Source of the DNA: Candidatus Eiseniibacteriota bacterium
GTDB lineage: Bacteria; Eisenbacteria; RBG-16-71-46
Length of the DNA: 64,000 nucleotides
Assembly: GCA_031364845.1 (NCBI GenBank)
Contig: JANLWX010000028.1
Location: 32,001-96,000 of the forward strand
Reading direction: 5' to 3'
Shown: one piece after another, positions 20,282 through 28,711 of the stretch
Position numbering within the stretch: the first letter of the stretch is position 1
Layout of the letters: each line of letters opens with the position of its first letter
Program-made: the position numbers and the translations under genes
The notes under the pieces: model-generated
Seen by the model: the letters and a program-made list of their open reading frames with translations, nothing else
Database searches by the model: none
What the model was told of the DNA's origin: nothing

Positions 20282-21184
20282 ATGCTCCGCACGCTTCTTT
20301 CGAGTCTCGTTCTGTATGCCACTCTGGTCGGAGCCCCCGCGTCGGCGCTTACGATCAACGTCGACGGCCTCGGTCCCGAAGGCGGCTATGGTGCGGCGCG
20401 CCGCGTGCCCCAGACATGCAACACTTCGGCGGGCAACAACCCCTCAGGTGGCGACAACCGTCACGCGATGGGGTCCGAGCTGAACGTCAGCGCTGCGGCC
20501 ATCCTCAACGCGACGGTGTATGCGATGTATACGGGAAACCTCCAGAGCAACTTCACCAACCTCGAAGTATTCATCGACTGCATCGCCGGCGGCCAGAACA
20601 CGTTGCGGGGCGACAACGCCATGGTTCCGCTCAATGGATTGAACCGCATGGCAGGTTTGACGTTCGATGCGGACTTTGAACCGGACTACTACATCACCAT
20701 GAACTGCGGGGACTCGGCGGGAACTTACAGGTTCTCCGGACACTTCGTTACCCTGCCGACCTCAGGCGGAGGTGTCAGCACATACCTAGGGTCTACAGAT
20801 GCAGCAATCACCGGGAGCGGTAATTCGCTCGGCATTCAGTTCGCGATTCAGAATGGCAATGCTTCGGGCGTAGTTGCTGGATGCAGTCCGGCAGTCCTCT
20901 TGAACAATACTAGTCCGACTGGCGTCGAGATCGGCGTGCCACTTTCCGCAATCGGCAATCCCGGCGGATGCATCAAGGTGTGCGCGTTTATCAACCGACC
21001 CGCGCACGACTTCATCTTCAATCAGTTTATGGAGCCGCTTCCCGCGGGATCATGTGATCTCGGCGATCCCTCCACCGTATCCCTCGCGTCGATCGCGGGA
21101 GACCAGTTCTATGTGGCCTGCGAGGAACCGCCCACGCCCGCCGTGCGCGCCACTTGGGGCAAGGTAAAGGTGCTGTACAGGTAG
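20282..21184 (+). CDS. Secreted protein with C-terminal PTP..ATWGKVKVLYR motif
   Basis: GAGGTG then ATG; signal peptide ending ASA; Asn/Gly/Cys-rich beta domain. Confidence 0.8.
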   Translation: MLRTLLSSLVLYATLVGAPASALTINVDGLGPEGGYGAARRVPQTCNTSAGNNPSGGDNRHAMGSELNVSAAAILNATVYAMYTGNLQSNFTNLEVFIDCIAGGQNTLRGDNAMVPLNGLNRMAGLTFDADFEPDYYITMNCGDSAGTYRFSGHFVTLPTSGGGVSTYLGSTDAAITGSGNSLGIQFAIQNGNASGVVAGCSPAVLLNNTSPTGVEIGVPLSAIGNPGGCIKVCAFINRPAHDFIFNQFMEPLPAGSCDLGDPSTVSLASIAGDQFYVACEEPPTPAVRATWGKVKVLYR

Positions 21185-21222
21185 CCTCAGAGGTCAGGTC
21201 TTGTGGATCGAGGGGGATTTTC

Positions 21223-23784
21223 ATGGCCGTGAATCTGACGTGGAAGGATGTCTCGCAGTCGCCGTACAGCGGCTCGATCGAGAAGGCGATCAATGGCCAG
21301 GCGAGTCCATTCATCGCCCCCGTGCAGCCTGGTGACACGATCTATGTCCCCGGCGGGAACTACAACATCGCGAACCCACTGCTCATCAACCAACCCAACG
21401 TCAGGATTGTTGGCGATGGCATGGACAAGACCAACATCATTTGCCCGTCCGGGTCATCGATTGCGGTATTCGATGTCACGGAGTCGTTCGCGACCCTTGA
21501 GGGATTCACGATCACGCAGGCCGATGCCGTCACCTCGGGGACCGGGGTGGGTGTGAGGATCGGTTCCAGCGCCACGTACATCCAGCAGACTACCCTCAGG
21601 CACATCAAGATCAAGTTCATGCCAAGCTACGCGCTATTCATTCCTGGCGGGTCCGAAGGGTTCTCGAACCAGCCCGTGAATGAGACCGTGATCGAGAACG
21701 CCATCTTGCACAACTCCCAGTCGGACGCCATCGTGTTCATCGGAAAAGGCAGTACGCTCGCCAATTTCAGAAACTGCAACATCAGCGCATACCACGTTCC
21801 CGGGGTATTGGCGGTCCAGATCATGAATGCGTCGCACATCACTTTCGATTCGTGTGAGGGCAATCCGGCGCCTGACAAGTATTGGCTGGACTTTGAGGTA
21901 GATCCGAACGACGCCGCCCCCACATCTGGCGGAGAGGCGCTTTCCATCATTAACTGCGACTTGGAAGTTAATCGTGAAGAACCCGGAGCTGTGCGGCATT
22001 CCAGCTATTTCATTCACGCGAAGCGCGTGTCACATGTCTTGATTCAGAGCACGCTACTGTATTGGGCGCAGAAGGGTGTCTGGCTGGAAGAATGTAACAA
22101 CGCCATTGTCCAGGCCAATGTGTTCATCGACATACGCGCGAATGGTAATACGGGCGCAAATCCTGCGGCATCGTCCTTGACGCTCACAGCATGCAAGGAC
22201 ACAGCGATCATCGGTTCGTGTTGGCAGAACACGGACTATAACACTGACTGGATTCCGGATGGCACGGTCACGGGCGAGAGACTCCCGTTGCCTTTCGAAG
22301 AGCTGAGCGGCACGACGGGGACGACGGTTTTGGAGCAGGGTGTCGCGCTACTCCCGACCTATGGTGCCGTGGCGTCCAGTTTGCCCAACAACGTAAAGAC
22401 GGGGCTGCTGCACCCTGGCATGCTGGCTTACGATCTTAAGCGTCGCCTGCAATCGTGGGACGGCGCGAAGTGGGTGAGGGCGGTCACGGGCTACGAGCTC
22501 TTCATCGCGACCGACTACGCGGACATCCAGCTCGCCGTCGATGCGGCCAGCGCCGCGGCTACGGGCGGGGTTGTCTATGTCCCGGGGGCGACTTACAACG
22601 AGTCCTCGACGCCGAAGTACAGCGGCAATCTGATCGTGAACGCACCGGGCAAGACGATTCGAATCATCGGCGACGGAGCGGGGAGCACAATTCTGCAGGC
22701 ACCGTCGACAGGCCCCAACAACGACAAACCGATGCTGAGTCTTCGGTCCGATGACATCGCGATTGAAGGCATGACGTTCGATGGCTTCAATCAGGTCAGC
22801 ACCGCCGCGGGCATCGTCATCGGTAACGCAGGTCAGGCAGTGTTCCGTCCACGTATGACCGACGTGACCGTAAGGAACAGTGCGGGATGGTCGATCTATG
22901 CACTCGGTTCGGAGGCCGCGGCGAGCTCCCACTACGGCCTGTTCGAACGCGTGCGCTGCACGGGCAATCGGAGCGCTGCCACCGGAGGCGTGTGGCTGGC
23001 GGTCGGGTGCTCGACCCACGTGTTCCGGGACTGCGTCGTGGAACAGTTCAAGGGCTACGGGGTGTTCATGGACCAAGTTGACGGTGCCGCACTGCTCGAG
23101 TGCCGGATCTTCGATGCCAGCGATGACACGCAGCCCTACTTGGGACTGAACAACTCCCTGAACATCATCGTCACCGCGCTCAAGTGCCGAAACCAGGCAC
23201 CTCCGACGCAAACGCAGAATGAGCGCTTCATCAAACTCACCGGCGAGAATCGCAGCATCAGCATCATTGCGCCGAAGCTCTATCGGGACCAGACCTCGAA
23301 CCCGAACGGAAGCGATGTCAATAGCGGTGGGGGGATCGCTCGCTCCGTCATGATCCTGAGTCCTGAGATGAGGGTGCAAGGAGCCGCGACGGGAACAGAC
23401 CACATCAAGATCGGGAGTTCATCGGAGTGCTTCATCATCGGCGGCGTGGTCTCGGCCTCCGGGGCCGCTACCCCATTTCCGGTCATGGAGATCGAGAGCC
23501 CGGCATCCCGCTTTGCGGTCGCGGGTCGGGCAACGATCGACTTCGGCAATGGGGCGCAGTCGGCGACCGTGAGCGTGTCCGATCTCCGCGTTGCCACGAA
23601 CTCTCGAATCATGGCCGCGATGGCCTATGCCCCAACGCTGAATCGCGACCTGGACGAATTGGAGATGGACCACTTTGAAGTGCACGCGGGCAATGTCACC
23701 AACGGCGTGGGATTTGAGATCGTGGCCGACTGTCTGACAGGCTATGGGCACGGCACTTACTTCGTCGATTACATCAGGAGCTGA
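21223..23784 (+). CDS. Tandem right-handed beta-helix (pectate lyase superfamily / tailspike-like) protein
   Basis: Two cap motifs (IEKAIN...GDTIYVPGGNY...RIVGDG; IQLAVDAA...GGVVYVPGATY...RIIGDG), each followed by beta-helix rungs; no signal peptide. Confidence 0.78.
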   Translation: MAVNLTWKDVSQSPYSGSIEKAINGQASPFIAPVQPGDTIYVPGGNYNIANPLLINQPNVRIVGDGMDKTNIICPSGSSIAVFDVTESFATLEGFTITQADAVTSGTGVGVRIGSSATYIQQTTLRHIKIKFMPSYALFIPGGSEGFSNQPVNETVIENAILHNSQSDAIVFIGKGSTLANFRNCNISAYHVPGVLAVQIMNASHITFDSCEGNPAPDKYWLDFEVDPNDAAPTSGGEALSIINCDLEVNREEPGAVRHSSYFIHAKRVSHVLIQSTLLYWAQKGVWLEECNNAIVQANVFIDIRANGNTGANPAASSLTLTACKDTAIIGSCWQNTDYNTDWIPDGTVTGERLPLPFEELSGTTGTTVLEQGVALLPTYGAVASSLPNNVKTGLLHPGMLAYDLKRRLQSWDGAKWVRAVTGYELFIATDYADIQLAVDAASAAATGGVVYVPGATYNESSTPKYSGNLIVNAPGKTIRIIGDGAGSTILQAPSTGPNNDKPMLSLRSDDIAIEGMTFDGFNQVSTAAGIVIGNAGQAVFRPRMTDVTVRNSAGWSIYALGSEAAASSHYGLFERVRCTGNRSAATGGVWLAVGCSTHVFRDCVVEQFKGYGVFMDQVDGAALLECRIFDASDDTQPYLGLNNSLNIIVTALKCRNQAPPTQTQNERFIKLTGENRSISIIAPKLYRDQTSNPNGSDVNSGGGIARSVMILSPEMRVQGAATGTDHIKIGSSSECFIIGGVVSASGAATPFPVMEIESPASRFAVAGRATIDFGNGAQSATVSVSDLRVATNSRIMAAMAYAPTLNRDLDELEMDHFEVHAGNVTNGVGFEIVADCLTGYGHGTYFVDYIRS

Positions 23785-23785
23785 C

Positions 23786-24415
23786 ATGGCGATCATCAAG
23801 TCCGGAGCGACTACCGACCAACTCACGGTTGACCCTACCAGCAAGGCGGCCCGCGTCACGCTGTATGACCCAGCGGGACGGTCACTGGCGGCGGAATCCA
23901 AGGCAACCTACTTCGCCGCCGGCACGTTCACGCCGCCGGCGACCCCTACGGATATGGTGACGATCTTCGGTAGCGCAACGCGGACGGTGCGTGTTGTGGC
24001 GTTCATCATCACCACCACGAACACCGCAGCCGGATCTCAACAGTTTTCATTAATCAAGCGCACGACTGCGAATTCTGGCGGCACGCTTGTCGCGGCGACT
24101 GCCGTGACCGCGGATGTTGCCGATAGCGCTGCGACAGCCACCGTGGGTCACTACACTGCCAACCCCTCCGGGCTGGGCGCTGCGGCTGGAACCATCAATA
24201 TCAGGCGCGCCGCCTCGCCTGCAGCGGTGCCGGCGAGTTTCGCGGGCGTCGTGCGGGATGCGGGTGTGGACATGCTTGACGTTGGAGCCAATACGTCGCT
24301 CAACAAGATCGCAGTGTTGAACGGCACGGGACAGGGATTGTGCCTCAACTTCGGAGGCGCGGCATTAGTTGCAGGGCAGACGCATGCGTACCAAGTCGTT
24401 TGGACTGAGGAATAG
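23786..24415 (+). CDS. Hypothetical Ala/Thr/Gly-rich beta protein, phage structural-like
   Basis: AGGAG then ATG 1 nt after the upstream stop; ends VVWTEE; no signal peptide. Confidence 0.65.
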   Translation: MAIIKSGATTDQLTVDPTSKAARVTLYDPAGRSLAAESKATYFAAGTFTPPATPTDMVTIFGSATRTVRVVAFIITTTNTAAGSQQFSLIKRTTANSGGTLVAATAVTADVADSAATATVGHYTANPSGLGAAAGTINIRRAASPAAVPASFAGVVRDAGVDMLDVGANTSLNKIAVLNGTGQGLCLNFGGAALVAGQTHAYQVVWTEE

Positions 24416-24445
24416 AGCAGACGATTGCTTGTCCGGACCAAAACA

Positions 24446-24520
24446 CAAGGCGCGCATGAGCGCCCCGGAGACGAGATCGGAGCCAGAGGCCAGCGCTGAA
24501 CTTCTCGCCATCGGCGCGAA
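24446..24520 (+). repeat. Right copy of the direct repeat (decayed duplicate of the 3' end of 18290..19591)
   Basis: Core CAGCGCTGAACTTCTCGCCATCGGCGCGAA is 29/30 identical to 19583-19612; 1-bp deletion relative to the coding copy. Confidence 0.85.
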
Positions 24521-24629
24521 GCGGTGTGCGACGCGCGAGCGCAGGGAAACGGCCACACGGACCCTCACCCTGCGCTCCTTGCATGCGGCGGACCGGCTAT
24601 CGTCAACGACCCCGCGCCCGCCCCGCCCG

Positions 24630-24659
24630 TTGACCGCGCCCCGCCAAAACTCCTACCGT
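24630..24659 (+). promoter_or_regulatory. Putative sigma70 promoter
   Basis: TTGACC-N18-TACCGT, ending ~45 nt before the ATG at 24704. Confidence 0.4.
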
Positions 24660-24703
24660 AGCGCTTCGTGTTCCACCCCACGCGTCCCTTCGAGGAATTC
24701 CCC

Positions 24704-25657
24704 ATGCGCCGAGTTCTCGTGACCGGAGTCACCGGTTTTGCCGGCAGCCATCTGGTCGATTACATGCTCACGCGCGGCGACTGCGAGATCTATGGGACGC
24801 AGCGGTGGCGCAGCCGCACGGAGAACATCGAACACGTGCGCGACAAGATCTCGCTGATCGAGTGCGACCTGCGCGATGCCTCGTCCACGCGCGACATGCT
24901 CGAAAAGGTGCGGCCGGATTTCATCTTTCACCTGGCGGCGCAGTCGTTCGTGCCGACGTCGTGGAATGCGCCGAGCGAATCGCTGACCACCAACGTGATC
25001 GGTCAGGTGAACATCTTCGAGGCGGTGCGCCGCATCGGCCTGCCGTGCCGCATCCAGCTTGCGTGCTCGAGCGAAGAATACGGGATGGTGTTTCCGGACG
25101 AGACGCCGATCAAGGAAACCAATCCCCTGCGGCCTTTGTCGCCGTACGCGGTCAGCAAGGTCGCGCAGGACATGCTCGGCTACCAGTACTGGATGTCGTG
25201 GAAGCTCGACAGCGTGCGCACGCGCGGCTTCAATCATGAAGGCCCGCGGCGCGGGCCGGTGTTCGTGGCGTCGGACTTCGCGAAGCAGATCGCCGACATC
25301 GAGAAGGGCCTGCGCCCGCCGGTGGTCCACGTCGGCAATCTCGATGCGCTGCGCGACTTCACCGATGTGCGTGACATGGTGCGCGGCTACTGGCTGGCGC
25401 TCGAGAAGTGCGAGCCGGGCGAGGTCTACAACATCTGCAGCGGCAAGGCGTGGAAGATCGGCGACATGCTCGAGCATTTGCTGGGGTTGTCGAAGGTGAA
25501 GATCGAAGTACGCCAGGATCCCGCGCGCCTGCGCCCGAGCGACGTGCCGATTCTGCTCGGCGACTACTCCAAGTTCGCGAAAGCGACGGGCTGGGCGCCG
25601 ACGATTCCGTTCGAGCAGACGCTCGCCGACATGCTGGAGTACTGGCGGAATCGATAG
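24704..25657 (+). CDS. GDP-mannose 4,6-dehydratase-like SDR
   Basis: GVTGFAGSHL, HLAAQSFV, SSEEYG, SPYAVSK, FNHEGPRRG, GNLDALRDF. Confidence 0.88.
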   Translation: MRRVLVTGVTGFAGSHLVDYMLTRGDCEIYGTQRWRSRTENIEHVRDKISLIECDLRDASSTRDMLEKVRPDFIFHLAAQSFVPTSWNAPSESLTTNVIGQVNIFEAVRRIGLPCRIQLACSSEEYGMVFPDETPIKETNPLRPLSPYAVSKVAQDMLGYQYWMSWKLDSVRTRGFNHEGPRRGPVFVASDFAKQIADIEKGLRPPVVHVGNLDALRDFTDVRDMVRGYWLALEKCEPGEVYNICSGKAWKIGDMLEHLLGLSKVKIEVRQDPARLRPSDVPILLGDYSKFAKATGWAPTIPFEQTLADMLEYWRNR

Positions 25658-25658
25658 G

Positions 25659-26621
25659 ATGAGCATGTTCGAACTCCGGGGCGCCGCGGTCCTCGTCACC
25701 GGTGCCGGCGGCTTCGCCGGTCCTCATGCGGTGCGCGCGCTCGCCGAGCGTGGCGCGCGGATCTTCGGCACCGGCGGGCCCGAGCCGCGCGGGGTTTCGC
25801 TCGCGGGCTGGTTCGACTCCGATCTGCGCGATCCCGAAAGCCTGATGACTGCGGTCGCCTCCGCGAAACCGGACGCTGTGCTGCATCTCGCCGGGCAGAG
25901 CAGTGCCGCGCGCTCGTTCGAACATCCGACCGAGACGTTTCACGTCAACGCACTCGGAAGCTGGTTTGTGCTCGAAGCGTTGCGCGTCCATGCGCCGCGC
26001 GCACGGGTACTGATGGTGACGAGCGGCGAGATCTACGGTCCGCACGCCGAGGGCACGCGGATCGCCGAAGACGGCGCGGTCCGCCCGGTGAGTCCTTACG
26101 GATTGTCGAAGGCGGCTGCCGACGCGTTCGGAGCGATCGCGGCGGAGCGCGGGCAGGACGTCGTGCGCGCGCGATCGTTCGGTCACACAGGGCCAGGTCA
26201 GGAAGCGCGCTTCGTGATCCCCTCGATGGCGAGTCAGATCGCCGAGATCGAAACCGGATCACGCGCCCCGCGGCTTGCGGTCGGGAATCTCGAAGTCACG
26301 CGCGACATCTCGGACGTCCGCGACGTGGCGCGCGCGTACGTCGCGTTGATCGAGCGTGGGATCGCGGGGAAGGCCTACAATGTGTGCACGGGCGTCGGCG
26401 TGCGGCTGACCGACGTGGTGGCGCGGCTTGCGGCCCTCGCGCGGATCCCGGTCATGGTCGAGGTCGATCCGGCGCGCCTGCGGCCCGCCGACGTGCCGTA
26501 CCTGGTCGGCGACCCTTCGGCGATCGCCCTCGACACGGGGTGGGCCTGCGAAATCCCTCTCGAACAGACGCTCGCCGATGTGCTGGCGGAGTCGCGTTCG
26601 CGCGCGGCTCCCAGCGCCTGA
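25659..26621 (+). CDS. GDP-4-keto-6-deoxy-mannose reductase (Rmd)-like SDR
   Basis: GAGGFAG, HLAGQSS, SPYGLSK, FGHTGPGQ, GNLEVTRD; paralog of the upstream gene. Confidence 0.78.
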   Translation: MSMFELRGAAVLVTGAGGFAGPHAVRALAERGARIFGTGGPEPRGVSLAGWFDSDLRDPESLMTAVASAKPDAVLHLAGQSSAARSFEHPTETFHVNALGSWFVLEALRVHAPRARVLMVTSGEIYGPHAEGTRIAEDGAVRPVSPYGLSKAAADAFGAIAAERGQDVVRARSFGHTGPGQEARFVIPSMASQIAEIETGSRAPRLAVGNLEVTRDISDVRDVARAYVALIERGIAGKAYNVCTGVGVRLTDVVARLAALARIPVMVEVDPARLRPADVPYLVGDPSAIALDTGWACEIPLEQTLADVLAESRSRAAPSA

Positions 26622-26765
26622 ACGGGTACCGGCGCCCACCGCGGCGCGAGCCGGTGCGATTGCCGTTCGGCCTCCCGAAGTCACAATGGGCCGGGGCGAA
26701 TTTCCCACTCGTGCCCGGCAACGGATCGGTCGATCACCCCCTTGGGCTGGGCTCGGCTCAGGGGA

Positions 26766-26795
26766 TTGACCGCCTCACGGTCAAGCCTCTACTCT
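26766..26795 (+). promoter_or_regulatory. Putative promoter with a palindromic operator over the -35
   Basis: TTGACC-N18-TACTCT; dyad TTGACCG-CCTCA-CGGTCAA at 26766-26784. Confidence 0.5.
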
Positions 26796-26876
26796 GACTC
26801 GCCCGTTTTCCCGCATCAAACTCGATCCACCTCGCGCGGCTGGCGTCTCGCCCCGCGTCCGCGAAAGGGCACTCTT

Positions 26877-28256
26877 CTGTACTCGATCACTGTAGTAGGG
26901 ACCGGCTACGTCGGCCTCGTGACCGGCGCTTGCCTCGCCGATTTCGGCAATCATGTGATCTGTGTCGACGCCGATGCCGCCAAGATCGAACGCCTCCGCA
27001 ACCTCGAACTTCCGTTCTTCGAGCCCGGGCTGCCCGAGCTGGTCGAGCGCAATGTCGTGGAAGGACGTCTCAGCTTCAGCAGCGACCTGAAGAGCGCGCT
27101 CAAGGGATCCAAGGTCGTCTTCATCACCGTCGGCACGCCGCCGCGGGCCGATGGGTCGGCGGACACCAGCGCGATCTACGCGGTCGCGAAGACCGTGGCT
27201 CAGAACCTCGACGGCTACAAGCTCGTGGTGCAGAAGAGCACCGCTCCCGTAGGAACCGCGCGCAGCCTGTACGGCTGGATGCGCAAGTACGCCAAGCGCG
27301 GCGCCGAGTTCGATGTCGCTTCGAATCCGGAATTCCTGCGCGAAGGCTCGGCGATCGAGACGTTCATGCGTCCCGACCGCGTCGTGATCGGCGCCGAATC
27401 GAAGAAGGCCGAAGAAGTCCTGCGCAAGATCCACGATCCGCTGTTCCTGATCGAGACGCCGATGGTGGTGACCACGCTCGAGACGGCGGAGCTGATCAAG
27501 TACTCGTCCAACTGCTTCCTCGCGACCAAGATCTCGTTCATCAACGAGATCGCGAACCTGTGCGAAGCACTCGGCGCCGACGTGCAGATGGTGGCGAAGG
27601 GTCTCGGCATGGACCGCCGCATCGGCTCCAAGTTCCTGCACGCGGGCCCCGGCTACGGCGGCTCATGCTTCCCGAAGGACACGCACGCGCTGTCGGCGTT
27701 CGCGCGCGATGCGGGCGTGAAGTCGGGCATCGTGGATGCCGTGATCCAGGCGAACGAGCACCAGATGAAGCTCATGGTCGACAAGATCTGCGCTTCGATC
27801 GGTGCACCGCGCGGCAAGACGGTCGGAGTGCTGGGGCTCGCGTTCAAGCCCAACACCGACGACCTGCGCGAAGCGCCGGCACTCGAGATCATCGCGGGCT
27901 TGAAGCGCCGCGGGGTCAAGGTGCGCGCGTTCGATCCGGTTTCGATGCCGGGCGCAAAGAAGCTTCCGGGCATGCGCGGCGTGGAATTCGCCGAAGATGC
28001 CTATCAGTGCGCGAAGGGCGCGAGCGCCGTTGCCATCATCACCGAGTGGAACGAGTTCCGGAACATGGATCTCTCGCGTCTCAAGCGCGTGATGAAGAAG
28101 CCGGTGCTGTGCGATCTGCGCAATCTCTACGATCCCAAGGAAGTCGAAGCGGCGGGCTGGACCCATGTCGGTGTCGGCCGCGGGCGCGCGGATGCGAAGA
28201 AGACCCGCGCCAGGCGCCGTCCTGCCGTGCGTCGCGCCGCGCGCAAGGCGTCCTGA
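26877..28256 (+). CDS. ugd: UDP-glucose/GDP-mannose dehydrogenase (likely CTG start)
   Basis: ITVVGTGYVG, SNPEFLREG, GYGGSCFPKD, FKPNTDD; Arg/Lys-rich C-terminal tail. Confidence 0.92.
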   Translation: MYSITVVGTGYVGLVTGACLADFGNHVICVDADAAKIERLRNLELPFFEPGLPELVERNVVEGRLSFSSDLKSALKGSKVVFITVGTPPRADGSADTSAIYAVAKTVAQNLDGYKLVVQKSTAPVGTARSLYGWMRKYAKRGAEFDVASNPEFLREGSAIETFMRPDRVVIGAESKKAEEVLRKIHDPLFLIETPMVVTTLETAELIKYSSNCFLATKISFINEIANLCEALGADVQMVAKGLGMDRRIGSKFLHAGPGYGGSCFPKDTHALSAFARDAGVKSGIVDAVIQANEHQMKLMVDKICASIGAPRGKTVGVLGLAFKPNTDDLREAPALEIIAGLKRRGVKVRAFDPVSMPGAKKLPGMRGVEFAEDAYQCAKGASAVAIITEWNEFRNMDLSRLKRVMKKPVLCDLRNLYDPKEVEAAGWTHVGVGRGRADAKKTRARRRPAVRRAARKAS

Positions 28257-28711
28257 TGATCGAGGGCGTTCGCATCAAGCGGCTCAAGGTGATCCCCGAT
28301 GAACGGGGATTGCTCATGGAAATGCTGCGCGACGACGACGACATCTACCAGCGGTTCGGGCAGGTGTACCTGTCGGTCGTGAACCCCGGCGTGGTCAAGG
28401 GCTGGCACTTTCACAAGCGCCAGACCGATCACTTCGTGTTCGTAAAGGGCATGGCGAAGGTCGTGCTCGTGGACACGCGTGATTCGAGCCCGACCAAGGG
28501 CGAGGTCAACGAGTACTTCATGGGCGAGCACAATCCCATCCTGCTCGTGATCCCGCCGTTCGTGCTCCACGGGATGAAGGGCATCGGAACCGAGCCCGCG
28601 TATCTCGTCAACACGCCGACCGAGCACTACAACTACGACGAGCCCGACGAGTTCCGCGTTCCGGCCCATGATCCGAGCGTTCCGTACGACTGGAGCCGGA
28701 AAGATGGCTGA
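28256..28711 (+). CDS. dTDP-4-dehydrorhamnose 3,5-epimerase family (short RmlC-like cupin)
   Basis: DERG, GVVKGWHFH, D.R..SPT, HG motifs. Confidence 0.88.
   Translation: MIEGVRIKRLKVIPDERGLLMEMLRDDDDIYQRFGQVYLSVVNPGVVKGWHFHKRQTDHFVFVKGMAKVVLVDTRDSSPTKGEVNEYFMGEHNPILLVIPPFVLHGMKGIGTEPAYLVNTPTEHYNYDEPDEFRVPAHDPSVPYDWSRKDG

Larger units (their letters stand above)
19613..24445. mobile_element. Direct-repeat-bounded genomic islet without integrase
   Basis: Flanking repeats; visibly more A/T-ending codons than the flanks; phage-like cargo. Confidence 0.7.

Noticed and set aside
19537..24520. Prophage, tRNA-targeted island or diversity-generating retroelement
   Set aside because: No integrase, capsid, terminase, tRNA or reverse transcriptase; repeat mismatches are not adenine-specific
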